IMG/VR virus record: IMGVR_UViG_3300032287_001394
Source of the DNA: a virus
DNA: 64,000 bases
Reading direction: 5' to 3' (one strand)
A program made the translations under genes and the position numbers. A model generated the notes under the pieces. The model had not been told where the DNA came from, ran no database searches, and saw only the letters and a list, made by a program, of their open reading frames with translations. How positions within the stretch are numbered: position 1 is the stretch's first letter; each line of letters begins with the position of its first letter. Positions 1 through 9,739 of the stretch are shown here, in pieces.

Positions 1-370
1 ATTCATCCAAAACCCTTTCACTATACATGAAAAGATCGAGTATAATGATAAGGACGTAGAGCCAATCGATCTTACAACAATTGAAATAAAGGATAAGTAC
101 ATTAAGTTGGTGGTTATAAATAAAACCGACTTATATAAGTTTGATAGGTTTGTCAATTTATTGTACGAGCAACAACCATATGAAGTCAAAATCATCGAAG
201 ACCTTTCTGAGTTCAATGAAGGCACCATCGACGCTGAGATTAATCTCGAAGATACTATTAGCATTCTTGGTAATTATATTGATTCCGTCCAAACGGAAGG
301 AGATAAAGAAGCTATTAAATCGTTCGTAAAAGGATTATACATTGAAGCAATTAACCAGGAGGTTGTTTGA
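1..370 (+). CDS. 47: Recombination endonuclease subunit gp47 (Mre11/SbcD-like), 5'-truncated
   Basis: Frame open from position 2 (FIQNPFTIHEKIEYND...LYIEA); overlaps the start of gp46 as in T4-like phages. Confidence 0.85.
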   Translation, partial: FIQNPFTIHEKIEYNDKDVEPIDLTTIEIKDKYIKLVVINKTDLYKFDRFVNLLYEQQPYEVKIIEDLSEFNEGTIDAEINLEDTISILGNYIDSVQTEGDKEAIKSFVKGLYIEAINQEVV

Positions 371-2085
371 TAATATTTAAGTCAGTGAGTTGGAAGAACT
401 TCCTTTCGACAGGTAACACCCCGAATAAAGTAGAATTAGATGGTCACTCAACAACCTTAATAGTTGGGAAAAACGGTGAAGGTAAGTCCACTATCCTTGA
501 TGCACTTACCTTCTCACTGTTCAATAAACCATTTCGCGATATCAATAAAAACCAATTAGTAAACTCTATCAATCAAAAGAATTGTGTGGTTGAAATTGAG
601 TTCAGCATTGGTCCTATCCAATATAGAGTAGTACGTGGTATCAAACCTAATATCTTTGAGATATATCAAAACGGCACAATCATCAATCAAGATGCTGCCG
701 TAAAAGATTATCAAAAAGTCCTCGAACAGCAGATCCTAAAATTAAATTATAAAACCTTCACCCAGGTAGTGATATTAGGGTCTGCTTCCTTTGTACCGTT
801 CATGCAGTTACCTGTATGGCAAAGACGTGAAGTCATCGAAGATATCCTTGATATCAAAGTATTCTCTACGATGAATACGATACTAAAAGAAAAGATAGCC
901 GAGAATAAAGAAGAACTATCTGCAGTAGAGACTGAGATTCGAATCATCACTGAACAAGCTAAAGCGCAAAAGAGTTTAATTGATTCTCTACAACATTCTA
1001 AAGATCAAAATGTTAAGGTGTTAAAAGATAAGATCGAGACTAATATCACTGAGATAAACGATAAGACTCAATTAGTGGATCTACTTAATAAAGACGTAGA
1101 GGCACTCAACACACAACTACATGAGAAAGCTGAAGTAGATAAGAATATCGAGATGTGTAAATCAAACATGAATAAGCTATCACAAAAGCTTACACAAGTT
1201 GATGAGCACATTGAATTCTTTACTAGCAATGAGACGTGTCCATCATGTGAGCAAGGTATTCAACACGAACATAAAGATAAAATCATTAGTAAGATATCTA
1301 GTGATAAGAAACAAATCACTGATAATATGGACGTGCTCAACTCTGCTTACAGTAAATTAAGTAAAGACTTACAAGATAAACAAGATGTATTAAATCAAAT
1401 ACAAGATAAGAACATCTCTATATCAACAGAGATCAATGCTATGAACATGCTTATCAAAGCAAACAATGCATTAGAGAAAGAGATCAACGAGTTATCTGTA
1501 CAAGGTGATATCGATGTAGAGAAAGATAAGATCAAGCTATTGGCTAATGATGCACTACAAAAGAATGAAATAAAAGTGGGTCTCATGAAAGAGAAACAGC
1601 TACAAGAGATCGCAGGAGTATTGCTAAAAGATACGGGCATCAAGACCACTATTATTAGAGAATATCTACCAGCAATGAACAAACTAATTAACATGTATCT
1701 GTCTGCAATGGACTTCTTTGTTAAGTTTGAACTAGACGAATCTTTTAACGAAAAGATTAAGTCTAGATTCAGAGACGAGTTCACTTATGCCTCATTCTCT
1801 GAAGGAGAGAAGATGCGTATCGATCTCGCAATCTTATTCACTTGGCGCCAAATCGCTAAGATGAAAAACTCAGTCAACACAAATTTATTATTACTAGATG
1901 AGATCTTTGATTCTAGTCTTGACGTGGCTGGTACCGATTACTTCCTATCCGTAATGGATACATTGGGCGAAAATACCAATGTCTTCGTTATATCCCATAA
2001 AGGTGATGTGCTTCTTGATAAGTTTAAGAATAATATTCGCTTTGAAAAGACTAATGACTTCTCTAGTCTGGTAACTAACTCATAG
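367..2085 (+). CDS. 46: Recombination ATPase gp46 (Rad50/SbcC-like)
   Basis: Walker A GKNGEGKS, CPSC zinc hook, FSEGE signature, LLLDE Walker B; TTG start after GGAGG. Confidence 0.97.
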   Translation: MIIFKSVSWKNFLSTGNTPNKVELDGHSTTLIVGKNGEGKSTILDALTFSLFNKPFRDINKNQLVNSINQKNCVVEIEFSIGPIQYRVVRGIKPNIFEIYQNGTIINQDAAVKDYQKVLEQQILKLNYKTFTQVVILGSASFVPFMQLPVWQRREVIEDILDIKVFSTMNTILKEKIAENKEELSAVETEIRIITEQAKAQKSLIDSLQHSKDQNVKVLKDKIETNITEINDKTQLVDLLNKDVEALNTQLHEKAEVDKNIEMCKSNMNKLSQKLTQVDEHIEFFTSNETCPSCEQGIQHEHKDKIISKISSDKKQITDNMDVLNSAYSKLSKDLQDKQDVLNQIQDKNISISTEINAMNMLIKANNALEKEINELSVQGDIDVEKDKIKLLANDALQKNEIKVGLMKEKQLQEIAGVLLKDTGIKTTIIREYLPAMNKLINMYLSAMDFFVKFELDESFNEKIKSRFRDEFTYASFSEGEKMRIDLAILFTWRQIAKMKNSVNTNLLLLDEIFDSSLDVAGTDYFLSVMDTLGENTNVFVISHKGDVLLDKFKNNIRFEKTNDFSSLVTNS

Positions 2086-2089
2086 GCTA

Positions 2090-2118
2090 TGTACTTTAAA
2101 TAAGATATAGGGTATAAT
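2090..2118 (+). promoter_or_regulatory. Early-type promoter TGTACT-N17-TATAAT
   Basis: Member of a motif recurring at least 13 times with 17-bp spacing. Confidence 0.85.
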
Positions 2119-2137
2119 GTTTCTTTTAGGAGAGACT

Positions 2138-2290
2138 ATGACAATCTATATCTTACATGCAACAATCACACAAACTAACCACCAATTCATTGAATTATTC
2201 ACTTCAATAGAACTATTAAACACATACCTTCAAGCGCATCCAGAGCTCACCATGCGTGAAATAACCCTCCATGAAGTAAACCCTTTATAA
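2138..2290 (+). CDS. Small hypothetical protein (50 aa, MTIYILHATITQ...EVNPL), not in ORF track
   Basis: AGGAGAG SD and own promoter directly upstream. Confidence 0.65.
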   Translation: MTIYILHATITQTNHQFIELFTSIELLNTYLQAHPELTMREITLHEVNPL

Positions 2291-2331
2291 ATCAATAACT
2301 TAGATAATTATCTATATAAATCAATAACTTA
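2288..2331 (+). promoter_or_regulatory. Two direct copies of TAAATCAATAACTTA (IHF-consensus-like) flanking palindrome TAGATAATTATCTA
   Basis: Matches WATCAANNNNTTR; further copies at 4510-4523 and (reverse) 17216-17230. Confidence 0.6.
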
Positions 2332-2338
2332 AGGGCTA

Positions 2339-2367
2339 TGTACTTTAAATAGTCTTTATAGTATAAT
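2339..2367 (+). promoter_or_regulatory. Early-type promoter TGTACT-N17-TATAAT
   Basis: Exact motif match upstream of CobT-like gene. Confidence 0.85.
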
Positions 2368-2390
2368 GGTTATATTAATTGGAGAGATTG

Positions 2391-4502
2391 ATGACAAAAA
2401 CAGACTTAGTAGCAAAATTATTAGCAAACGAAAACCTTACGGTCATCCAGGGCCCTGTTAAGACTGCTTCGTTTGATATAAAGAATCGTGTCCTTAGACT
2501 TCCGCAATGGAAGGACATGACTGACGATCTTATTGATATGTTAGTTGGTCATGAAGTTGGTCATGCACTTTACACTACTCTTGAAGAGTACTCAACAAAA
2601 AATCCCCATAAAGATCTTGCTCATTTCGCAGGTTATATGAATGTGCTTGAAGACGTACGTATCGAAAAATTAATGAAGCGTCGTTATCCTGGCCTTCGTA
2701 AGTCATTCAACGCAGGATATAAAGAATTAAACACGCGCGACTTCTTTGGCATCGCTAACGGCGACTTTAAGAATATGTTATTGATCGACAAGATCAATTT
2801 ATATTTTAAAGCTGGTTATAACTGCGGTGTTATATTTAATGACATCGAAAAAGCATTCGTTAGACGCGCTGAAGAGACTGAAACATGCGATGATGTTATC
2901 ACTTTAGCTAAAGAGATATATGACTATTCTAAGAAAGCTATGGAAGATAAGATCGAAGAGTTAAAAGCTCAATCAGACGATCACGAAGAATTTGACGAAG
3001 AAGAGTCTCAAGAGCAAGGTACATCAAACGAACAAGACTTTGATGCTGACGAAGAAGAGACCGATGAGATGGAAGACGAATCACCAGCACCATCAACTCA
3101 AAACGATCCATTGCAAGACCTCGAAGATTCATTAGAAGATCAGTTAGAATCACAAACTGAAAAGAACCTTAAGAATAAGATCGAAGAGTTAGCTGATACT
3201 TCTATCGAATACAAGTACATCACTATCCCTAAACAAATTAAAGTTAGTCCTTTAGTTACCTATAAAGAAGTATTCGAACAACATGCTGCATATCAAACAG
3301 AATGGGATGGCAACGGCGGTTATAAACTAATCTCTGAAGACGACATCGAACGTGCTGAAAAGTTTAAAGCATCATCTAAGAATATCGTTAGCTATCTTAT
3401 CAAAGAATTTGAGATGCGTAAGTCTGCACAAAATTATAAACGCGCTAAGGTTTCAAAGTCTGGTTCATTAGACGGCAAGAAACTTTATGCGTATAAACTA
3501 AATGATGACATATTCAAACAAGTAATGACTATCCCTAACGGTAAGAATCATGGTATGATATTCTTATTGGATTGGTCAGCGTCAATGGATCATGTGTTAA
3601 GACCTACTATCGAACAGGTTATCTCATTAGCTATGTTTTGTAGAGGCGCACAGATCCCATTCCAAGTATTTGCATTCACAAATGGTTGGTCTGATTCTAA
3701 GTATAGAAACGAAGATGGTTCTCGTTTAATTAATTATAGCGATACTGAGATTGACACATTTGGTCTTACTATGATGGAATTATTCTCATCTAAGATGACT
3801 CAATCAGAGTTTAACAAGATGATCAATATTAGTTTATCACGTTACTTCAACAATCTTGGTAACTTTAAAACATCTGGTACTCCATTGAATTCAGCATTAG
3901 CATGGTTATATAATTACATTCCTGAGTTTAAATCTAAGAACGGTATCGAAAAGACGACACTCATCACATTGACTGATGGCGAAGGCGAGTACTTAAGAAC
4001 TGGTACAGATCAAGTTAGAACGCGTAGAATTTTTGGCGAGTCTATTAAAGACTATGTGACAGTTAAGCCATTCTTATCTGACGTAGTAACTCATAAGAAC
4101 TACCCAATGTCTGAGAACGCTGAGCAAACTAAGTCACTCTTACAGATGATTAAGGATAGACACAATATCACCACTGTAGGTTTCTACATTACTAAAGCAT
4201 CATATAGAAACTTACACAGTGCTTTAGTAGCACACTATGGTTATGGTCAGCATGTATCGACATTCGCTATCGAAGATCTTAAGAGAGATATGAGACGTAA
4301 TGGTTTCGCCTCACTTAAGGATACAGGCCGTGACGAGCTCTTCATAGTGGCTGACTCCAAAGCTAAGATTGAAGATGACAAAGAGCTTACCATAGGTAAA
4401 AAAGAGTCAGCTGCCAGGATCGCCCGGGAGCTCACCAAGATGCTCTCAAATAAGAAGACCAGTCGTATATTACTTAATCAATTCATTGGCTTGGTGGCAT
4501 AG
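2391..4502 (+). CDS. CobT-like protein: HEXXH metallopeptidase domain, acidic linker, vWA domain
   Basis: HEVGH, DWSAS MIDAS-like motif, LTDG; paired with a MoxR/CobS ATPase as in aquatic T4-like phages. Confidence 0.85.
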   Translation: MTKTDLVAKLLANENLTVIQGPVKTASFDIKNRVLRLPQWKDMTDDLIDMLVGHEVGHALYTTLEEYSTKNPHKDLAHFAGYMNVLEDVRIEKLMKRRYPGLRKSFNAGYKELNTRDFFGIANGDFKNMLLIDKINLYFKAGYNCGVIFNDIEKAFVRRAEETETCDDVITLAKEIYDYSKKAMEDKIEELKAQSDDHEEFDEEESQEQGTSNEQDFDADEEETDEMEDESPAPSTQNDPLQDLEDSLEDQLESQTEKNLKNKIEELADTSIEYKYITIPKQIKVSPLVTYKEVFEQHAAYQTEWDGNGGYKLISEDDIERAEKFKASSKNIVSYLIKEFEMRKSAQNYKRAKVSKSGSLDGKKLYAYKLNDDIFKQVMTIPNGKNHGMIFLLDWSASMDHVLRPTIEQVISLAMFCRGAQIPFQVFAFTNGWSDSKYRNEDGSRLINYSDTEIDTFGLTMMELFSSKMTQSEFNKMINISLSRYFNNLGNFKTSGTPLNSALAWLYNYIPEFKSKNGIEKTTLITLTDGEGEYLRTGTDQVRTRRIFGESIKDYVTVKPFLSDVVTHKNYPMSENAEQTKSLLQMIKDRHNITTVGFYITKASYRNLHSALVAHYGYGQHVSTFAIEDLKRDMRRNGFASLKDTGRDELFIVADSKAKIEDDKELTIGKKESAARIARELTKMLSNKKTSRILLNQFIGLVA

Positions 4503-4531
4503 TCCAATCAAATCAATAACTTAAGGGCCTA

Positions 4532-4560
4532 TGTACTTTAAATACAAAACAGGATATAAT
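4532..4560 (+). promoter_or_regulatory. Early-type promoter preceded by IHF-like box (4510-4523)
   Basis: TGTACT-N17-TATAAT. Confidence 0.85.
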
Positions 4561-4591
4561 GGTTTTATATTAATAACGGAGAGACTACATT

Positions 4592-5791
4592 ATGAGATAT
4601 AAAAGTGAACAAAAAACAGAATTGCAAGCTAAGCTGTTTGAGACTTATCCAAGCCTAGCTGCCAGCCCCCAAATTAATAAGGCAGACCTTATGGCCGTTG
4701 TGAATTCATTAGGGTATGATACTATGCCATGGTTCTTGATAGCTGGTCAAGCTTCACGCGGTGTTTACAACGTGAAAGTGCCTGCAGTAATTCCAAAGCC
4801 AGTGCTTTCAGTGGTTCAAACATCAGTGAAAGTTGAAAGTCAAGCTATCGTAAACTTCGATAAGCCTGAAACATTGATCCCTTCCAAGGATCCAAACTAT
4901 GTACCATTTGGTAACTACTCAGATCTCGAGATGATTATTAAAGCTGGTCTTTTCTATCCATCTTATATCTCTGGCCCTACCGGTAACGGTAAGTCAACCA
5001 TGATTGAACAGATCTGTGCTAAGTTTAATAAGCCACTCATTCGTGTTAACCTTAACATGATGTCTGACGAAGAGCAACTAATTGGTGCTAAGACTCTTCA
5101 AGATGGTAACGTAGAGATCGTGGAAGGTCCTGTGCTAATCGCGATGCGTAATGGTTATACATTATTGCTTGACGAAGTCGATGCTGGTAGTGCTAACACA
5201 TTATTGTGTTTACAACCGATCCTCGAAGGCAAGCCTTACTACTTTAAACTTAAGAACGAAGTTATCGTTCCAGCTGCTGGCTTTAACATCATTGCTACAG
5301 CTAACACTAAAGGTAAAGGTTCAGACGATGGTCGATACATCGGTACTAACGTACTTAATGAAGCATTCTTAGAACGTTTCGCAGTGACATTCGAACAAGA
5401 ATATCCTAATGCTGCCACTGAAATGAAGATCGTTAAGAACCTTATGAAGCATTACGAATGCGAAGATCAAGACTTTGCAGACACCCTTATTAAATGGGCT
5501 GATGCTATCCGTCGCACATTCGAAGATGGTGGTGTAGACGAGACTATCACAACACGTCGTATGACTCATATCGTACGAGCTTTCTCGATCTTTAAGAAAA
5601 AAGAAAAAGCTATTGAGTTGTGCTGTAATCGTTTCGATCCACAAACTAAAGCTGCATTCATGGATGTATTTGATAAGATATCAAACCCAGCACCTGAGGT
5701 GGTAGTGGATCCTAATGTAAGTGATGCTGCAGCTTATACTATTACAGATGCTTATAATGCTGCTACAGCAGGACAGACGGTAACACCATGA
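4592..5791 (+). CDS. CobS-like MoxR-family AAA+ ATPase
   Basis: GPTGNGKS, LLLDE, TANTKG, AFLERF. Confidence 0.9.
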   Translation: MRYKSEQKTELQAKLFETYPSLAASPQINKADLMAVVNSLGYDTMPWFLIAGQASRGVYNVKVPAVIPKPVLSVVQTSVKVESQAIVNFDKPETLIPSKDPNYVPFGNYSDLEMIIKAGLFYPSYISGPTGNGKSTMIEQICAKFNKPLIRVNLNMMSDEEQLIGAKTLQDGNVEIVEGPVLIAMRNGYTLLLDEVDAGSANTLLCLQPILEGKPYYFKLKNEVIVPAAGFNIIATANTKGKGSDDGRYIGTNVLNEAFLERFAVTFEQEYPNAATEMKIVKNLMKHYECEDQDFADTLIKWADAIRRTFEDGGVDETITTRRMTHIVRAFSIFKKKEKAIELCCNRFDPQTKAAFMDVFDKISNPAPEVVVDPNVSDAAAYTITDAYNAATAGQTVTP

Positions 5792-6123
5792 GATTTATAG
5801 AATTAAAACCAACACAGAAACAATATGTGGTCGTAGTAATGAATCGCTTCGGTCACAACTATGAAGACATAACATTAGACGATATGAGGTTTTATCATGA
5901 TGAGATGCTTCAAACAAGGAATGCTGGAATGCCTAAGTTAGGTTATCCAAACTGGTTGATTAAACCAGAAAACAAAAAGATTAAAGGCGTTTATGGATTT
6001 CCGAGGCCCACTGACTCGGAATTGGAAGATTTTCACAGTGGAAATGTAGAAGCGGTGATTGACTTAACAAAGTTTTCACCATTATTAAATAACGTGATCA
6101 AGGAATACGGCTTAAAACCGTAA
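5788..6123 (+). CDS. Hypothetical protein
   Basis: ATGA-coupled ORF. Confidence 0.7.
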   Translation: MRFIELKPTQKQYVVVVMNRFGHNYEDITLDDMRFYHDEMLQTRNAGMPKLGYPNWLIKPENKKIKGVYGFPRPTDSELEDFHSGNVEAVIDLTKFSPLLNNVIKEYGLKP

Positions 6124-6160
6124 TATATTATGACTATAACAAAAACTATCAAAAAATTAT

Positions 6161-6189
6161 TTAACTTTAATTCACCATTAGTGTATAAT
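6161..6189 (+). promoter_or_regulatory. Variant early promoter TTAACT-N17-TATAAT
   Basis: Same spacing and TTTAA element as the consensus. Confidence 0.6.
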
Positions 6190-6264
6190 GGTTCAGTATC
6201 AGGTAAGACAAGCGACAATCTTATCCGTGTTTCCCGTAAAGTCGCAATTTCAAGGAGTAATAGT

Positions 6265-6516
6265 ATGTCAGCAACAACATCATTAATCAACTACCTTCAA
6301 TCAGGTAAAACAGTAACTGCTAAACAAATCACTGCACGATTTGGTCTTGCTAACCCGCATGAAGCAGTTCGTCAATTACGTATGAAGGGTTATTCAGTTT
6401 ATGCTAATAACTCAACATTATGGAATGGTGAAACAACTACTCGTTATAGATTAGGTACACCTTCACGTAAAATGATTGCTGCAGCTTACGCAGTATTAGG
6501 TGCTTCAGCATTCTAA
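6265..6516 (+). CDS. Small winged-HTH DNA-binding protein
   Basis: AAGGAG SD before ATG 6265; TAKQITARFGLANPHEAVRQLRMKGY HTH-like pattern. Confidence 0.7.
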   Translation: MSATTSLINYLQSGKTVTAKQITARFGLANPHEAVRQLRMKGYSVYANNSTLWNGETTTRYRLGTPSRKMIAAAYAVLGASAF

Positions 6517-6542
6517 GAGTATCAACTCTAGTAAGTCAGTAC

Positions 6543-6568
6543 GAGGAGGCGCAATGCCTCCTCTCTTT
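6543..6568 (+). terminator. Hairpin GAGGAGGC-GCAAT-GCCTCCTC followed by TCTTT
   Basis: 8-bp GC-rich stem after the stop codon. Confidence 0.65.
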
Positions 6569-6612
6569 AGAGTTCTTAATTGAGAGTTCTAAACAGAGGA
6601 GACAACTATATT

Positions 6613-6975
6613 ATGGCAGTAAATGATAAAAAGTGGAATGCTATTTTAGATAAAGAGTTAAAAGAATCACAAAGTAAAGATCACACAGGTGGTCGTAAAT
6701 TTGATGGTGGTAAACTCCAATATGGGTTATTACCTCCTCTTGCATTACGTGAGACAGTTAAAGTATTGACATTTGGTGCAGAGAAGTATGAACCTGACAA
6801 TTGGCGTAGAGTGCCAGAAGGACCTCGTAGATATTTTGATGCAGCTCAGCGGCACCTATGGGCTTATAAAGAAGGTGAGATGTATGATCCAGAAACTGGG
6901 GTGAACCATTTGGCTCATGCTTTATGTTGTATTATGTTTATGTTAGATCTTGATGAAAGTGAGTATGAAGAATGA
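6613..6975 (+). CDS. dATP/dGTP diphosphohydrolase-like protein (DUF5664)
   Basis: GRKFDGGK, FGAEKY..DNW, RHL, DPETG.NHLAHA pattern. Confidence 0.8.
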   Translation: MAVNDKKWNAILDKELKESQSKDHTGGRKFDGGKLQYGLLPPLALRETVKVLTFGAEKYEPDNWRRVPEGPRRYFDAAQRHLWAYKEGEMYDPETGVNHLAHALCCIMFMLDLDESEYEE

Positions 6976-7208
6976 GTAAAAAAAGCAAAAATAAAATGAA
7001 AGCTTGGCGTCGTATGGCTAAAAAATACTATGATGCAGAAAGGGGTGTATGGGTTCGTGTTGGTAGACAGTTAAAAATGTTTACAGATGGATATAAATCA
7101 CCAAGCAATGCTATAGGTTTATTAGGTAATTTATTAAATAATATGGAAGATTCTAGTAAAATTTTGAAACGTTATGAGAAAAAGGTGAAGACAGATGAAA
7201 CTGAGTAA
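6972..7208 (+). CDS. Hypothetical basic protein
   Basis: Overlapping ORF in operon. Confidence 0.6.
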   Translation: MSKKSKNKMKAWRRMAKKYYDAERGVWVRVGRQLKMFTDGYKSPSNAIGLLGNLLNNMEDSSKILKRYEKKVKTDETE

Positions 7209-7854
7209 AGAAACCCTTAGCTTAATTAAAAATTATGCTTCGATTAATAATAACCTGTTATTTAAACCAGGAAATATCTTATCAACCATTGCAGTAAGTA
7301 ACACCATCATGTCATCATCGACGGTGGCCGAGGCATTCCCTAATGAGTTCGGTATCTATGACGTGAACGAGTTCCTTGCGGTCTTATCATTATTCGAAGA
7401 TCCTGATCTTGAGTTCTCAGAAAAAACTGTAGCAATTAAACAAGGTAATAGCAGCATCAAGTACTTTGCTGCAGCGCCAAACTCTATCGTTGTACCTAAG
7501 AAAGAGATCATATTCCCTGAGGCAGAGATCAACTTCAAGTTAGAAGCAAACGTATTAGCCATGATCCTCAAGACTGCACCAATCCTTAAGTCTACAGATG
7601 TAGCACTGTTGGGTGATGGATCAACCATCAATGTAGTAGTTGGTGATAAGAAGAACGCAACGTCTAATGCTTACACATATACCTTAGGCACTACGACTTC
7701 TGTGTTTAAAGTTAACTTAAAGATCGACAACCTTAAGATGGTACCAGGTGACTATGATGTATCCATCTCGTCTAAAAAGATCTCACGCTTTAAAGGTGCT
7801 GGTGATCTAGTATATTATGTAGCGATTGAAGCAGATTCAACATTTGAAGCTTAA
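7195..7854 (+). CDS. 45: Sliding clamp gp45
   Basis: MKLSKETL..KNYASIN, FGIYDVNEFL, YYVAIE; synteny with gp44/gp62. Confidence 0.95.
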   Translation: MKLSKETLSLIKNYASINNNLLFKPGNILSTIAVSNTIMSSSTVAEAFPNEFGIYDVNEFLAVLSLFEDPDLEFSEKTVAIKQGNSSIKYFAAAPNSIVVPKKEIIFPEAEINFKLEANVLAMILKTAPILKSTDVALLGDGSTINVVVGDKKNATSNAYTYTLGTTTSVFKVNLKIDNLKMVPGDYDVSISSKKISRFKGAGDLVYYVAIEADSTFEA

Positions 7855-7872
7855 TTATATTATGGAGTTATC

Positions 7873-8808
7873 ATGCAAGAATACTTATGGGTGGAGAAGT
7901 ATCGTCCTCAAAAAATTGAAGAGTGTATTTTACCGAAAAACTTAAAAGAAACATTTAAGCAGTTCGTCCAAACAGGTGAACTGCCTAACTTCTTATTTTG
8001 TGGTACAGCAGGTGTGGGTAAGACCACAGTTGCCAAAGCATTATGTAACGAGATCGGAGCCGAATATCTACTCATAAACGGATCTGAAGAATCTGGTATC
8101 GATGTCCTTCGAACCAAGATCAAATCATTCGCCTCAACAGTATCATTGACTGACTCAAAGAAGGTCATCATACTAGACGAAGCAGACTATCTAAATCCAA
8201 ACTCAACACAACCAGCACTTAGAGCCTTCATCGAAGAGTTCTCTAACAACTGTCGTTTTATCTTTACATGTAACTATAAGAACCGTATCATTGAACCACT
8301 CCACTCAAGATGTAGTGTGATTGACTTCAAGATAGAGAACACTGAAAAAGCTGAGATAGCTGGAGCATTCTTTAAGCGTACTATAGGTATACTTAAAGCA
8401 GAGAACATCGATGCAGACCAAAAGGTGGTAGCAGAGTTGGTCACAAAGCACTTTCCAGATTGGAGACGTGTACTAAACGAGCTACAACGATATTCAGTGT
8501 CTGGTAAGATCGATGCTGGTATCCTTGTTAACATGACTGAGGACTCGTTCAAAGACTTACTTAAGAACATGAAGGATAAAAACTTTACTGAAGTTCGTAA
8601 GTGGGTAGCCAAGAATGGAGATTCGGAGACTATAAATATATTTAGACAACTATACGACACAGCTTCTGTACACTTGGAGCCAGCTAGTATACCTCAATTG
8701 GTATTAATCCTTGCTGACTATCAATATAAAGCTGCGTTCGTTGCTGATCATGAGCTAAATCTTATGGCCGCACTTACGGAGGTTATGTCATCATGCAAGA
8801 TGAAGTAA
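7873..8808 (+). CDS. 44: Clamp loader large subunit gp44
   Basis: LWVEKYRP, GTAGVGKT, DEAD, SRC motif. Confidence 0.97.
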   Translation: MQEYLWVEKYRPQKIEECILPKNLKETFKQFVQTGELPNFLFCGTAGVGKTTVAKALCNEIGAEYLLINGSEESGIDVLRTKIKSFASTVSLTDSKKVIILDEADYLNPNSTQPALRAFIEEFSNNCRFIFTCNYKNRIIEPLHSRCSVIDFKIENTEKAEIAGAFFKRTIGILKAENIDADQKVVAELVTKHFPDWRRVLNELQRYSVSGKIDAGILVNMTEDSFKDLLKNMKDKNFTEVRKWVAKNGDSETINIFRQLYDTASVHLEPASIPQLVLILADYQYKAAFVADHELNLMAALTEVMSSCKMK

Positions 8809-9002
8809 AGAACAGAGAATACGACTCTGACGATTGGGATAAAGCATCATATCTAGTAGAACGTGGGTTTGTACAATCGAATCCTGCTGGAGATAAGATG
8901 GATAATATTCGCGAGACTGCAATCAATATTCATACACTTAAGATGCGAACTTATGATGAATATATTAAAAACGGCGGTACACCACCATTCGAAGGGAAAT
9001 AA
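8793..9002 (+). CDS. Hypothetical protein
   Basis: Coupled ORF between 44 and 62. Confidence 0.55.
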   Translation: MQDEVKNREYDSDDWDKASYLVERGFVQSNPAGDKMDNIRETAINIHTLKMRTYDEYIKNGGTPPFEGK

Positions 9003-9325
9003 TGGGACTAATCATATTAGGTATCATCATAGGGTTTGCAAGTGGTTGGTTCATGCTTAGAGTACTAATTAACTATAAGATGAAGATGATGCTTGGAAGT
9101 ATAATTGATAGTCCATTACCAAAACCTGAAATAAAAGTCGTAGACATAGATCTTGTCAGGATCAAAGATAGGGTATATGCATACGATAGAAAAGATAATT
9201 CATTCTTAGGGTATGGTAATACCAAAGATGAGATGGTAGAATATCTAAGTAAGAAGTACCCAAATACATCATTTATGGCAAAACCAACAAATGTGAAAGA
9301 GGTAGATTTTAATGACCCCGTTTGA
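9002..9325 (+). CDS. Hypothetical membrane-anchored protein
   Basis: N-terminal hydrophobic helix. Confidence 0.7.
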   Translation: MGLIILGIIIGFASGWFMLRVLINYKMKMMLGSIIDSPLPKPEIKVVDIDLVRIKDRVYAYDRKDNSFLGYGNTKDEMVEYLSKKYPNTSFMAKPTNVKEVDFNDPV

Positions 9326-9692
9326 TTTCCTAAATGCTATAAACGATAACAAGAAGGATCTATTTCAAGATCCTCAGGCAGCAAAGGACTACAGTCCATT
9401 CATGATTAATCGCGGTCTATCATTCTTCCCCGATACAGTCTTATATGCCAATGAGATGAACAAGCATTCCCAGATCCCTACCCAGTGGCAGTTTGAATTC
9501 CTTAAGAACTCAATCTCTAAAAAGAAAAGGTTTTCCAAGTGGCATAAGAAGGACACGACCACAGAACAGCTCAAACTGATCATGAAACATTATAAGTACT
9601 CTGAGAAGCGAGCACATGAAGTCTTGAGTATCCTTAGCCCCAAACAGGTAATTCAGCTCCAAGAGGCCTATGAAAAAGGCGGTAGAAACTAA
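9312..9692 (+). CDS. 62: Clamp loader small subunit gp62
   Basis: PFDFLNAIN, YSPFMINRGLS, KKRFSKW. Confidence 0.93.
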   Translation: MTPFDFLNAINDNKKDLFQDPQAAKDYSPFMINRGLSFFPDTVLYANEMNKHSQIPTQWQFEFLKNSISKKKRFSKWHKKDTTTEQLKLIMKHYKYSEKRAHEVLSILSPKQVIQLQEAYEKGGRN

Positions 9693-9698
9693 TAGTCT

Positions 9699-9706
9699 TA
9701 TAAATA
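9699..9706 (+). promoter_or_regulatory. T4-type late promoter TATAAATA
   Basis: Intergenic consensus before regA. Confidence 0.6.
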
Positions 9707-9739
9707 TATAATGTAATCAATAAAGAAAGTGATTTTATA

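Noticed and set aside
2391-5791. Cobalamin biosynthesis (CobS/CobT) as an auxiliary metabolic function
   Set aside because: No CobN or other cob genes; a MoxR ATPase/vWA chaperone pair is common in T4-like phages
6130-6264. N-terminal extension of the HTH ORF
   Set aside because: Spans a promoter and structured leader; the strong SD precedes ATG 6265
8631-8638. Intragenic TATAAATA (also at 53421 and 54349)
   Set aside because: Expected by chance in AT-rich coding DNA; position not clearly promoter-like
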